A model generated the notes under the pieces. It did not search any database and was not told the origin of the DNA. It worked only from the letters and a program-made list of their open reading frames with translations. A stretch of 64,000 nucleotides of DNA, taken from Haliotis rubra (taxonomy: Eukaryota). Shown here piece after piece: positions 49,244 through 62,131 of the stretch; the first letter of the stretch is position 1, and every line of letters starts with the position of its first letter. A program made the position numbers and the translations under genes. The DNA lies in NCBI RefSeq assembly GCF_003918875.1, contig NW_025767079.1, positions 4,898,001 through 4,962,000 of the forward strand, in the 5' to 3' direction.

Positions 49244-50359
49244 TACTGAAACACCTCTCATGAGTGTTACACAAAACTCGCATTACTGGAATAAAATGAA
49301 TAGTATCAAATGTTCAACGTGCTTTTGCTGCGGATAATAACCGAACACCCCCGCTGCACGTACATGTTTAATTACTTGTGGTGTTATGGTCCATCCAACA
49401 GAGGATTAAGTATCACAGGGATGCTGTTTTCGATATTATACTATTTAGCACATTTCTTGATATTCTGTCTCAAAACAACGATTTAACTTTCAAGCAACGA
49501 TTTGCTTTCAAGCTCAAACCGGAAAGGTTCTTACCGATGTTGAACAAAACACAGAATTTCTGGAAAAAGTAATTGTGTTAAAAGGTGCAGTGGCTACAGA
49601 CAGTAACTGGACATTCGTAACTACACTCATGCTAAATTACTTTTCGTGTTGTAATCCATCCCATGCAAGGATAAGTATCTCCAGGATGCTGTTTTCTCAA
49701 TAATACTAGTATTATTGAGCATATTTCAGTTGTAACGCTAAGTAGTAGGTCACTGGTAATGTTCGACTTGGGTTAGAATAGGTCTTCAGCAACCCATGCT
49801 TGTCGTAAGAGGCGACTAACGGTATCGGGTGGTCAGGCTCGCTGACACATGTCATCGTACCTCAACTGCGTAGATAGATGCTCATGATATTGATCACTGG
49901 ATTGTCTGGCCCAGACTCGATTAAGTACGGCGTTAAACAACTATCAAACAAATCAAGATCATTTTGAACGGTGTGATAAACAACTAAAAATTTATTCGGA
50001 CCACACCGAACGGATAAATTGTTTTTATTTGTTGTTTTTTTAATGTAAAATTAAACATTTGCTTTGCACGCCCAATACGTTTCTATGGCAATTGAGGCGC
50101 CCAGAAAACGGGTAAATATCTGGAATAGATTGCATATATACTCAAGGAAACGAATAAAGGAACACTCGTAAGTGTTCCTATACTCTCTTCCGGGTTTGTT
50201 GTCATGCTTGATATTGCACTGTGGGGACCTTCATGTGTTCCCTTATTCGTTTCCATGACTACTGTACATTTGTTTCTGTAGTTATAAATGTACAGTTATC
50301 TTGTTTGTTAACATAGATATCAACGTAGTTATGCATTTCTTTCTTCCAGACTACTGAAG

Positions 50360-51469
50360 ATGTTCACCGATAAACACCGGGAGGACCTGAAGATCAAGGG
50401 TTATACTGTTGTAGAGAACGTATTAACCAATGAAGAAGCAGATAGATATCGAGGAATGTACACCGATTGGCTGGAAACATTCAAGGGTACTTTTCCTCAT
50501 TCGATCAAATCCTTAATTCAGAGGTACAAAGTTGGGCACATGGAACCCACGTGGGCAGTGAGGCTGAAATCCAAGAAGGTCTTTGAGGATCTATGGTATA
50601 CAGAGAAACTTCTGAGCAGCATAGATGCCATAGCTATTGGGCGTCCCCCAGAGGATGGGGAGGAGGATTTTCATTCCCCCGGGCGACACTGGTTGCACAT
50701 TGATCAGGGGCCGGAGAGGAAGGGGCTGCATGCTTATCAGGGTGCTGTGTATCTCGAGACGGTTGATGAGGATGATTGGGCTTTCGAGGTAATTGAAGGA
50801 ACTCACGAGTATCATGATCGGTACTACAAGGATAACGAATATGCCATTGGAAAGAGGAAGGAGAATCCTATATGGCGCTTTAAGAACCTACGACACGAGG
50901 ATATCGACTTTTTCACCGAGGAAAAGGGGCTCAAGAGAACAAGAGTGGCTGTTCCGAAAGGTGGGATGGTTTTATGGGACTCTCGTCTCGTACATGCCAA
51001 CTCTCGTGTTATCAGGGGAAGGGAAAACCCCGGTAGGTGGCGCTATGTTGTGTTCGTCTGCATGACTCCCGCCAAATGGGCTGACAAGCTATCCCTGCAA
51101 ACCAAACAAAAGGCGTACGAGGACCTACGCATGACAACACACTGGGCGAGCGATGGGATTGGACTGTTTTCAGAAGAACTTCCCCCATATGCTCCCAAAG
51201 ACCCAAATCCTCTGACGGAACACCCTCCATCGGGAAGAACCAGAGAAGCTAAACAACTGGCTGGAGTAATACCATACGATGAATCGGTGGATGACACTGA
51301 AGTCATGGAAGCCCCCGAATTCCGATTGGATTTTTTGGAAGCGTATAAAACGGCTCAACCTCATGTTTTTGATTTTGGACACGATGAAGCCTTCTTAAGG
51401 AGGAGAATGATCACGCTCTCGGTGTTTGCTGTCCTCGTTGCTCTAACTGTTTACTTCTGGACGTCGTAA
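50360..51469 (+). CDS. Phytanoyl-CoA dioxygenase (PhyH)-family Fe(II)/2-oxoglutarate oxygenase with C-terminal membrane anchor, 369 aa
   Basis: Intronless ORF. Motifs: GYTVVENVL N-terminus, H113-x-D115 (WLHIDQ), GGMVLWDSRLVH212AN and R228. Hydrophobic tail ITLSVFAVLVALTVYFWTS. The acceptor TTCTTCCAG at 50349 implies an upstream exon. Confidence 0.9.
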   Translation: MFTDKHREDLKIKGYTVVENVLTNEEADRYRGMYTDWLETFKGTFPHSIKSLIQRYKVGHMEPTWAVRLKSKKVFEDLWYTEKLLSSIDAIAIGRPPEDGEEDFHSPGRHWLHIDQGPERKGLHAYQGAVYLETVDEDDWAFEVIEGTHEYHDRYYKDNEYAIGKRKENPIWRFKNLRHEDIDFFTEEKGLKRTRVAVPKGGMVLWDSRLVHANSRVIRGRENPGRWRYVVFVCMTPAKWADKLSLQTKQKAYEDLRMTTHWASDGIGLFSEELPPYAPKDPNPLTEHPPSGRTREAKQLAGVIPYDESVDDTEVMEAPEFRLDFLEAYKTAQPHVFDFGHDEAFLRRRMITLSVFAVLVALTVYFWTS

Positions 51470-52958
51470 TCTTGTCGGGGAGGTGGGGTAGCGCCGTAGT
51501 TCATGCGTACGCTCGGAAATCCGAAGACCATGGTTCAATTCCCAATATGCTTACACTGTCTGAAGCCTATTTCTAGTGTGTGATGCTGTGGTATTGCTGT
51601 AACATTGCTAAAAGCGGTGTAAAAATCAAACTCACTGACTCGCTACAATGGTACATGGAAACTGCATGTACTCCTGTTATTCAATGTCATTAAAATCTGG
51701 CCTTAGGTATTACTGGTCTTTGGCATAACGGGTCACGTCAGACCTGTCAGGACGTCGTTCTGGAAAGTGACTCTCGGAATGTGTTTATGATCAAGCTATA
51801 AAAAGGGTATTCCGATTAACAGTTACGGGGTGTTCGGCTTATCCCGTGAAAATGATCATGTATCCGTCACTTCACTGTCACAGTGACACTTCAGTATGTT
51901 TTTTGCACAGTGTTCAAATTTTTGAAGCGATATTTTTCAAAGTGTATTCTGGAATGAAAGTTGAAAGTTTGAAAAAGATAACTATGCTGTATCGCTCGAG
52001 AAATTGATGTTTTTTGATTGACTTATGGCAACTTTTTGTTCATTTCGTATTGCGTTCAAAGTTTGCGAAAGGTCGCTTTAACAACCTGAAACAGGGTGTC
52101 TTTGTGTAGCAGTAGCTAGAACTTAATATGTGATTTCAGTGAGACTGTTCTGCTGTGATAAACCTCAAATACTCATGTTTCATAAGTCACTCAGATTAGA
52201 TTGGCAGCGGTAGACTGAATGGAAGTTGTTGGGATTTTGTCTACACTGGATGATGTATTTGTGTTAGACACCATTTAGATGAAATTTTCTGCCTGTTCTA
52301 AATGTTTTTCATAAAAGACAAAAATGTAATTTTTAGGGGAGACAGTTCCGTTTTTATAAACAATCTGAAGCATAATTATTTATTTTACGGTCAAATGCCA
52401 CATATACCATAGTTTGTATGCTGGGACGAGACAGCAATGCTGTTTAGTGCGACGTTCATTGCCTGCGTTTAATGTGTCTTTGTTACAGTGTTAACTGAGT
52501 ATTAAGGTTAGTTTATTCCTATATTCACGTTTGCTTATCTGTTATTTACTTTGTTATTCATGATGTTATAAATTGTTAAACTGTGAAGATCCGGGTTTGA
52601 ACTGGTCTTCATCAACCCAAGCTTAAGGGCACTTCCGGCTTGGTCGGTGCTCATAATGTCGATCACTGGATTGTTTGGTCCAGTCTAGATTGTACCTTCA
52701 TATTTTTTACGTTGATGATACTACAATGTCAGATTATGTACTAGATACACAAAAATAAGGAACTATTTAAATATTTTAATGTTCATTATATATTAGTTAA
52801 GTTATGGTCTTGTTCTTCAACATCAGGTGTATGAAAGGCACATGGCTGCGTTGACTAACATTTGTCACTAACATTTTGAATTTTGTTATTAAAATTGTGA
52901 AACAAAGAATTATTTTGTGTTAAACCTGTCTCCTTGTACAATGAATGGATAAGTCGCC

Positions 52959-53400
52959 ATAGACGCGTGGTGGGCGAGCTGCCTAAGGCGCCAGGCTAGT
53001 GATCCAGCGATCTTGAGGTGCCGAGATCGAGCCCACCTGTGACCGGGTGTAAAAACCTTGGAGTCATCTTTGTGTGCAGACTCTTTCAGTGTTGTCACAA
53101 CCCCAAGTGTACAGTAGACAACCCTGTGCACTTAAAAGAAACCCACGAATCCGTTGGTAAATGAGCACACACCTAGCACTGTGACTATGTGTCCCAGTCC
53201 AGCCAGCTTCGAATGGGTACCTCGTAAGGATGGGAAAGCCACATTAACTCAGTGCGCCTAGTGGCTGCATGAGTTATATGATCCCCAGGGAGTTGAGATT
53301 GGTAATATGATGTGCCGCTGAGATTGACATCCAACGGTCGATAGAAAAACAAAGAAGCGCTTTGAGTATGCATGTGGGATGGACTATACCCATATAATAA
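52959..53400 (+). mobile_element. tRNA(Ser)-like SINE with MESC-type domain (family D)
   Basis: Head GACGCGTGGTGGGCGAGCTGCCTAAGGCG..GATCGAGCCC, core GTCATCTTTGTGTGCAGACTCTT and tail AAGCGCTTTGAG..ATAATAA. Confidence 0.55.
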
Positions 53401-56400
53401 TCCCAGCCAATATGGATAAAGTCGTTTGCGGTATACCATCACTCTTACCTAAATAATATCAGTGTAATATTATAGAGTAAGTGAGTGAGTATTGTTTTAC
53501 GCCGCTTTTAGCAATATCACGGCGGGGTACATAGAAATGGGCTTCACACATTGTGTCCATGTTGGGAATTGAACCAGGGTCTTCGGCGTGACGAGCCAAC
53601 GCTTTAACGATAAGGCTGCCCCACCGCCCCGTAATATCATAGAAACATAAGTAGTGCAAAACCAAGGAATAAAGTATCATAGATGTTTGTTTTTACAAAA
53701 TACACATAAAATGATTTTTGTTGAAAACCCCCAGAGAGAACTAAAATGAAAGTAGCGAAAAATTACCCTATGGATGAAAAACACAAGACAATATGCTACA
53801 CTACGTTTTCACAGTTTCAAATATAGAGAGAATCTCAACCGAGTGTCTTTCGATCTCCAATTTATCACCAATAGTTGATAAAGTTACAAATATCCGAGAC
53901 TTGCCTTGGATATTTCTACTCCAAGAGTGATATATTTGATATCAGAAGACACGAGGGTGAGATTCTATTTATCATAAAAAGCACTCTTTTTCGATTAAAA
54001 ATATACATCTCTGAACACGGTTTCCTCCATTAGACTTGCAGTGCACCGATGTCATAGCATTGTGACGTCATCAAGTTCATGACGTCATAGCATTGTCAAT
54101 TCAATGTACAAAATCTACTGTCAAAATGATATCTCCTAGGAGATATCGTTTGATCTCACGAAATCAATATATCCCGTGGAACGGTTTTAGATGATAAAGA
54201 GGCAGCGGGGTAGCGTAGTGGTAAATGCGTTCGCCCGTCACACCGAAGACTCTGGTTTGATTCTCCAGTGTGTAAAGCCCATTTCTAGTGCCACGAAAAC
54301 TGGTAGTGGTAGTGGCCAGGGTGACTCGATATCGCCCTGTCTATCATGATATTTTGATGTTATTATGAGCGCCGAAAGAGAATGACTAAATATTATTAAG
54401 AAAAGAGGTGAAAACTTACTACTTGCGAGTTTGAAAAAGAAAACATCTTTTAATAAATAAAATTATAGTTACAAAACCCTAAGAATTGTCTACGGTTGAA
54501 TGTATAAGGTTAGCCTTTTTAAATAAATAGATTCGTTTCCCGTGGAACGCTCACATCATCAAAGAGTACGTCGTACGTTTCGTTTCTATTTCTATTTTCA
54601 AAATATAATATTCTGTAAATAAAACGCGTCTCGAACACACCACTCAGGAAGTGCCATGGTGCAAAACTGTAAGTAATAGATCGAGTATAGCCTGCAGTTA
54701 CTTCCCTTGGCATGCGCACCACTAAACTGATCATCTCCTCCGTGTTATGGCTTCACCGGTAAAGACTTTCGAGCTTGTACACATTGCTGTTTGCTGATTT
54801 GATCCACGCAAATATGAACATGATCATTTACAAATTCATTTGTGTCTGTGTGCTGAATGCAAACAATGTTTCATATGCAGAGATTCAAGATAACATGTGT
54901 ATTTGACTCTTAAAATAGCCAGATATTGCAATCAGCTGTTCACACGATTTCTCCCCGATCTGTGGGTGAGTTAGTTTTGAAAATCCTTTTCATAGCCACA
55001 ATAAAAATAAAAACCATGAGGAAAAGTAAGATACAATGGAAGGGGACTTTGTGTCTTGAACGACAGCAGTGTTCGCTTCAAGGAGAACTCGTGGTGAGGT
55101 GATTTCCCCATAAACTCATTTAAAGAAAGTTTAATATCTCGAAAAACATTGATACAGATCTAATTCATTACCAACGTGCATCTAGATGCACAAGAAATAA
55201 ATTTGTGGCCCGATAGGGTATAACAGGACAAACGTGTTAACTCCAGTACTGATCAAATTGTTGATATGTCACTTCCGGGTTCAAATCAACGTGTTTTTGA
55301 TAACGCCTTAATTCGCACACTGAAATGAACTTGGGCACCATATCTTCGAATGTCATTCGCTGAAAACATTTCTTGGTACTTTTTTAAAGACATACATCCG
55401 CCGAGTCACGCCACAACAGCGTTCCTAGGCCATCGCTGGGTGAAGGAACTTTGGACCCGTCCTTTCAACTCTATCAGAACACAGCGGAGCGTCCTGGCCT
55501 GATCATGGCGAGTCGTAGATCAGTGTCGGAAAGGTACACTTGATGTCTTGATACATCAGTAGAATGTCCTGGAACAATTCTCTTTCTTTTATATGAATAT
55601 TTTAATTTAGCGTTCATTCTTACGCCATGTTGTATTTGTGAATGATCTACCGCGGTCCCGGCATGGGCGCTGGTGTAGCTATTTATAGAAGGACGCCAGG
55701 CCTTAGTTAACCGACTCGTGACGTTCCATGAACGCCCAGACAGCTCAATATCCCTTTCATTCGTCGCTGTTCGACCATTTCCATGAAGCGCCTTGAGCCT
55801 TTGAGCAGGTGATCTGGATACTGGCGCTCTATAAATATATATAAATAATAAATATGAAAAAAAGATGCACGAAGTTGTTTTTCCTCATGTCCCAAAATGA
55901 CAGGAGTAACTCGTGAATAGTGACCCCGTTATTTGCCGATTAACTAGAATGATATACGAGCGGTAACGAATGCAACAGTTCCTGGGTAGAATCGTTTAAA
56001 TGGGCACCCGTAAAGAATGATAAAACAAGAAGCTTTGGGGTAATTTACAAAATGTCATAGTCCTAAGAAGAACACCCATTCCACTCCCATCCCGACCCCG
56101 CTGATGATAAATGACCATACTGTCCTTTAACGTGTGTAAAATTGTTCTGGTTGCATTTAAACATATAGATTAAAATCTAACATTTGTCCTGCCTAAGGGG
56201 TTGTGGGGTAGCCAAGTGGTTATAGCGTTCGCTCGTCACGCAGAAGACCAGCTAGATTCCCCACAAGGGTACAATGTGTGAAGCCCATTTCTGGTGTCCC
56301 CCGCCGTGATATTGTTGAAATAATGATAAACGCGGTGTAAATTCATGCTCACTAACTCGCTTTAAAAAATGTAATATGGTTCTTGTTTATGGACAAAATG

Positions 56401-56553
56401 GAGAATTGTATTTCTATCTGGATTCAGTGACTTATACTCACGTGGTAGGGGAATTGGAGGCGATGCTAGGTTAAACGAATTATATTTAGAATATTTCCAT
56501 TGTAAATATGTAACATGAAAGTGATAAGATAAGTTATTTCAATTTTTCAACAG

Positions 56554-58237
56554 GATCAGTACACAGACTCTGGTGACCAACGGGATCAAGACAGAGACAT
56601 ACGGTTCGGCAACATTCCCATCTGGACTCTCATATGGTCTTGATCTGCGGACAAGTACGTTTGATGGTTGTTTAACACCGAATTCCATTCGAGATAATCC
56701 ATTGATAGTTATCATTAGAACGACCCATGCCTCAGAGGGACTAAAAAGTTACCCATACTGTCGACCCGAGCCATCTTCATTAGACAAGGGAGTTGACTGA
56801 CTATATAAGACCAGTTTCCTCCCTTGCCGAGCTAGGCTGGAAGTGTGAGCTACATTTTGGCGGGAGAAACGAGTATATGCATAGTCCAATACCAATCGCG
56901 AGACAAAATCAACATGGCGACCGCAGGGCACAACTTCGTCAATCGCAGAATTGTAAGTGCTTGTGTGCGGCCAAGAAGGAGTCCACAGATGATGTCCAAT
57001 CGTTTCAAGAAGCTGATGCACCTGGCGATCAAAGAACTCGTATTATTACAGTAAATATCTTCATTCTCGACCAGATCATCTTGATATGGCGCTGCCTATT
57101 GTTTGAAGCAAATGCAAGTGATGTGAGAGTTGGGGGACATAACTCGTATAGGCTACTGGTGGTGTTGGATTGGGTCAGGAAACCTATTAACATGTCTCTG
57201 ATTTGCCTGTCAGGATTTTCTTAAGAACCTATCGGATGACAAAGCAGACAGAACTTCTTCAAAGCAACTTCTTTGAGATACAATTTAGCGGCGTGGTTTC
57301 TGATTCTTTTGTCATTCAAGGCCGACTGAGGTTGCATAAACATCCCACAAACAGTGTTATATTCCACATTTAATGACACATATGTTATGTAACTGTTTTA
57401 TGTTACAAACCAACTCCTTTGTATCCTATGAATTTGCTTTATATTGCAGGTCTAGTCAGCCCTATTGGAGTGTTCCGCCTCCTACTTCGTGGCCGAACGT
57501 TTGTGTTTTTTGAAACGGACAATCATCCTTCGTTCATGGACATCCAGACATTAAGTACTGGCAACCTAATTTTCACTGTCAGCGGAGAACTGAGTATTTC
57601 ACCCAGCATGTACAACCCCAGGCTCCCAAAGTATCCAGCGGAGGTTCAGACAAGATTTGCATCTTTCCGAACATCGTCGTTTGTCTGGGAATCCATTCTG
57701 AAGGTACCTGGAGCCCCTCACGTGACAGCTAGTCTAAAAAATAACGGCGTTGTTGTGTCAAAGTCGACCAGGCGACCATGCCCGGTGCCAGATTGGTTTC
57801 GTGAAAAGTTCGGCCGACTGTACAACAAGGATCCTGGGGTTACCTTCAGGAAGGTGGAGACAACTCCTATCAAGATGTGCAGGGGAGTTAACTCTAATCC
57901 TTACATGGTAACAGTTAAAAGTCGGGATATCGATTCGAACCAACACACGAATACGGGTTTGTACCTACAGTACTGTCTTGACGCTCTTGGTGATCATTTG
58001 TTCAGGAACAAGATACAGTGCGAATTAAACACCGAGTCACTCCTCCTCAAATCGGCTACCTTCCTCCACGGGGGTGAGAGTGAGATGGCTGATGTGTTGG
58101 CTGTTGAATTCTGGGATGATGAAACTGATGCTGACATGATATGTTTTAATATTGTCAAGTCAGGAATCAGCATCTACCAGGCTCGTATATGTTTTTATCG
58201 ATATGATGATATATTTGAACAAACCTGCAGACTCTAG
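56554..58237 (+). CDS. Double-hotdog acyl-thioesterase-like protein, paralogue 2 (N-terminal exons not located)
   Basis: Exon 56554-56654 (101 nt, phase 2/1, same length and phase as paralogue exon 45764-45664; ..FPSGLSYGLDLRT) plus exon 57450-58237. Motifs FRTSSF, VVVSKSTRRPCPVPDWF and RDIDSNQHTNTGLY. Confidence 0.8.
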
Positions 58238-59976
58238 CGTCACATTTCAAAGTATAGAACTTTACTGTAAGCAGAAAACTGTGATTTGGATATGTTTATT
58301 CCAGGAACATTTTTGTTTACGTTTAGCGTCGTGCTTTCCCTTGAATTTGCAGGGGACACAAGAAATTGGATTCACACGTGACGAGCTTTAATCGCCGAAC
58401 TACCCCTCCACCCGCACACAGTGCCGACGAAGTACAAGTGTTGTCTTGGGATTAACTCCTCTATAATCCTGTTCTAACGCGTTATGTTAGCATTGGAACA
58501 TATATACATGGAAGATTGGAAGATCTTTGCATCTCCTTGACAATGTATTGTTGTACTTGTAACACTGTTACAAAGGTATGTAACTTTGGATCACGTCTTT
58601 GCAACGTTTATGGTAACAGGATGTGCCACCTTGGATGACGTGCCTACCACGGTGTAACAATGGGCTACTTTTTTCAACGTCCTTGAGAACACGATGCTAA
58701 AATTTGGTTTAACTCAATCGGAAGCTTGTTCAGCAAGAGCAGCATATATCTGTATTAGTATGTGTTCACCATACTGGCTTTGTATCCTGTAGTAAAGTGC
58801 CCTTTTCCAACCTTGTGCCTATTGCTATCCTTTTCACAAGGAGCGAACCCGTAAAGATCCGGGTTAGAATTTGTCTTTAGTAACCCTTGTCGTAAGAGGC
58901 GACTAACAGGATCGGGTCGTCAGGCGATTATTTACAGACCGCAGTCATATACCTGGAATACTGTTGAGTGCGTCGTTAAACAGCAAACCAACCAACCAAC
59001 CACAAGGCTAAATCCTTCACATACAGGTTATGTGTAGATATACAGCGCGAACAAAATGAAAGGTCCAAAAAGTTTCCCAATGGATGAAAAACCAAAGACA
59101 AAATTCAGATTCTACGTTTTCATAGTTTTTAATATATGTAGACACTTAAAGAAACACACACAAAATCATCCACAGCTATTTGATAAGCTAGAAAGTGAAA
59201 TGAAATTTGAAGAAATGAAAGAAAGCAGTAAAACAATGAAAACTAAGAAAGGGTTGTGGCCAAGGTTACTCTATATCGCCCTGTCTTTTCATCCTCGTTG
59301 CGGAAACGTTTGATATTAGTATGAGCGCCTAAAGACATTGCAGAGAGAACCAGACAAGTGAAGAATATGAATGAAGACAGTGTGCAGATAACTCACTTTT
59401 CTTCTGAATTATGCTTAATATTGACATTTTGCCTTCTTTGTGTAGCTTATCAAGATAACTAAAAAGTTTGAAAAAAGAAGCTATTTCGATGGTTTTCATG
59501 CTAGCACTAATATGAAACTGTCAAATCTGTCAGGATTTCGAGTATAACTATCATTCAGAAGAGTTTAAAGTATCACAATAGGATTTAACTTTATTTCAGA
59601 TAGGGTTGCTGATATAATACAAAGAAAAGGGGGAAATACTAAGTACTAACTGACGACTTGCTAGCTGGAAAAAGTGACATTAAAGAGAAAGACAATTTGA
59701 AGTTCACACTCGGATTTACTGACATTTAGATACCCCCCCCCCTGCAATTTATGTGCAAAGTAAGCGAACCTCCCCTGCATGTCATGTACAACATCGATGA
59801 CCCCGACCCCCATATTTTTATGCATAATTTTAAATTAGTTATATTTTCAAAATTTATGACACCCCCACCCCATCCGTACATACGTGCAAAATTGATGACC
59901 CTCCCACCTCCCTAGAACAAAATGTATGATGTGAGTGAGTGAGTTAATATTTAACGTCACATCGGCAATATCTCAG

Positions 59977-60173
59977 NNNNNNNNNNNNNNNNNNNNNNNN
60001 NNNNNNNNNNNNNNNNNNNNNNNNNNNNNNNNNNNNNNNNNNNNNNNNNNNNNNNNNNNNNNNNNNNNNNNNNNNNNNNNNNNNNNNNNNNNNNNNNNNN
60101 NNNNNNNNNNNNNNNNNNNNNNNNNNNNNNNNNNNNNNNNNNNNNNNNNNNNNNNNNNNNNNNNNNNNNNNNN
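59977..60173. other. Assembly gap (N run)
   Basis: 197 Ns. Confidence 1.
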
Positions 60174-61032
60174 TGTAAATAAAGCGATCGAATATAGCCT
60201 GCAGTTCCTTCCCTTTGTATGCGCACCACCAAGCTGAACATCTCGTGTCATATCCGGGTTATGGCTTCGCCGGTAAGGACTTTCGGGCTAATATACAGAA
60301 GCTAATTTGGTTCATGAAAATATGAACATGATAATTTACAAATTCATCTGTATTTGTGTGCCGAATGCCTACAATGCTGCTTGTGGAGAGATTCAAGATA
60401 ACGTATATATTTGACTCGTACAATGGCCAGACATTGCGATTTGTGGATCTTGAATAATATCTCTATAGATCTAATTCATTACCAACGTACACCCACATGC
60501 ACAAGAAATATATTAATGGTCCGATAGAGCATAACAGGACAAGGTGCGTACTCTAGTACGGATTTGTTGACATGTAACTTAAGGGTTCAGGTCTTTGTGA
60601 TTTTGATAAACTTCGCATTCTGAATTGAAATTTGAGACAGGCCGCCTGCTGCGGCACCACAATTTCAAACATCATTGACTGAGAACCATTTTTCTTATTT
60701 TTCTTTAAGCCATAAATTCGCCGAGTCACGCCACAACAGCTTTTCTGGGTCATCGCTTGGCAAGGTACTTTGGACCTGTCCTTTCAACTACAACAGAACA
60801 CAGTGGAGCGTCCTGGCCTGACCATGGCGACTCGCAAATCAGTTTCGGAAAGGTACATTTGATGTCTTGTTACAAGCATTTGTTCAGTAGAATGTCCTCT
60901 TTCTTTTATACGAGTATGCTTTCAATCTTACGCTTTGATGTATATCAACAGCGGTCTCCGGTATGGGCGAGTGTAGCTATTTTTAGACATGGTTGACCGA
61001 CCCCTGACGTTCCATTAACGCGCAGACGCCTC

Positions 61033-61989
61033 GGTTATAGCCCGGGAAAGCCACATTTAAGATAAACAGAGTGGAAAATGGTGTGGCTCAACCGGCAATG
61101 GGCATGGTTGAGTGATCTCGTGAATGTGGCACTCCCCTCATTGCGCTATTAACTAATCCATGTTACCGTAAATAATGTGAAATATTCATTATGTAAAATC
61201 TATAAATCCAGTTGAATTGTTCGTGGAGAAAAGTCTTTTAAGCATTTTAACTTATGGGAGGGTCAATTTAAAGTTTTATCCTTTTCTGATAGCTGTTTGA
61301 GATAAGAGCTATGGTTGCTTCATTTATTATGTTTACATTCATGCTAAAAACTCAACAACAACAACAAATTAGAAGAATGACCATTTATTGCACAAATATA
61401 AATATAAACCGCCACATATGTGACGCCTAACTCTTTCCATTTCATAGCCCTTTTTAAGCAAAATTTATGACTAGATTTTCCAAAATCAGTATTTTTGCCA
61501 CCGCTGCGGTAATGACATTTTGTTTAAAGTTGAAACGTCACAAAAAAATTGATGGAAAATTCTTGTCCAAACTTGTCTGCTGATGCAATATACATGTATT
61601 AATCTTATAAACCAAAGTAGTTTACATGAAAACATAAAATATAATACAAATAAAATTGTCTTAAGGGCTAAAGCTCAAATTGCCCTTTTCCATAGAATGA
61701 CCCATTAGCATGTATCATTTTATCTCAGAACATATGTTATCATATGTTAACTAAAACCTTCAGCGAGAATAAAGAAGCCGCCCATCAAATGTTAACCAAA
61801 CAAAGGACAAGTTACCAAAGCAATTTTAATCCATTGTGATCAATGGGTGACGCTTATTTGAAAAAAACGGTATTGATTGCCTTACTCGTTGTGGCTCTCG
61901 CGGCGATTCGCGGCACCGAGGTTTGTACTTGAAATGTGGCTTTAGCGGCAATTGGTATGTTTCAAATATTGCTTTCCCGGGCGGACACC
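61033..61989. mobile_element. Non-autonomous DNA transposon, Merlin-like (GG termini, 8-bp TSD)
   Basis: GGT....GCCCGGGAAAGC at both ends in inverted orientation. TSD GACGCCTC/GATGCCTC. Absent from the paralogous site at 55739-55746. Confidence 0.6.
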
Positions 61990-62006
61990 GATGCCTCCAT
62001 ATCCCC

Positions 62007-62131
62007 CAGTCTAAGTAAACTTAGGCTCAGTATTAATCGTTACTGGTTAGCTGACGCGACCTTCTACTAGGGTTTGTTAGACTCAGTATAGCAGTGTAAC
62101 GAATAATACTGAGCCTAAGTTTATTTAGCTG
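62007..62131. mobile_element. Mutator-like MITE (same family as 41675-41771)
   Basis: CAGTCTAAGTAAACTTA TIR. Degenerate 10-bp TSD CCATATCCCC/CAATATCCCT. Confidence 0.8.

Noticed and set aside
50591-51382. Overlapping and antisense ORFs within PhyH, the SRA tail exon and the thioesterase exons
   Set aside because: Shadows of the real coding frames.
59935-60251. ORFs spanning the N run
   Set aside because: Artefacts of the assembly gap.
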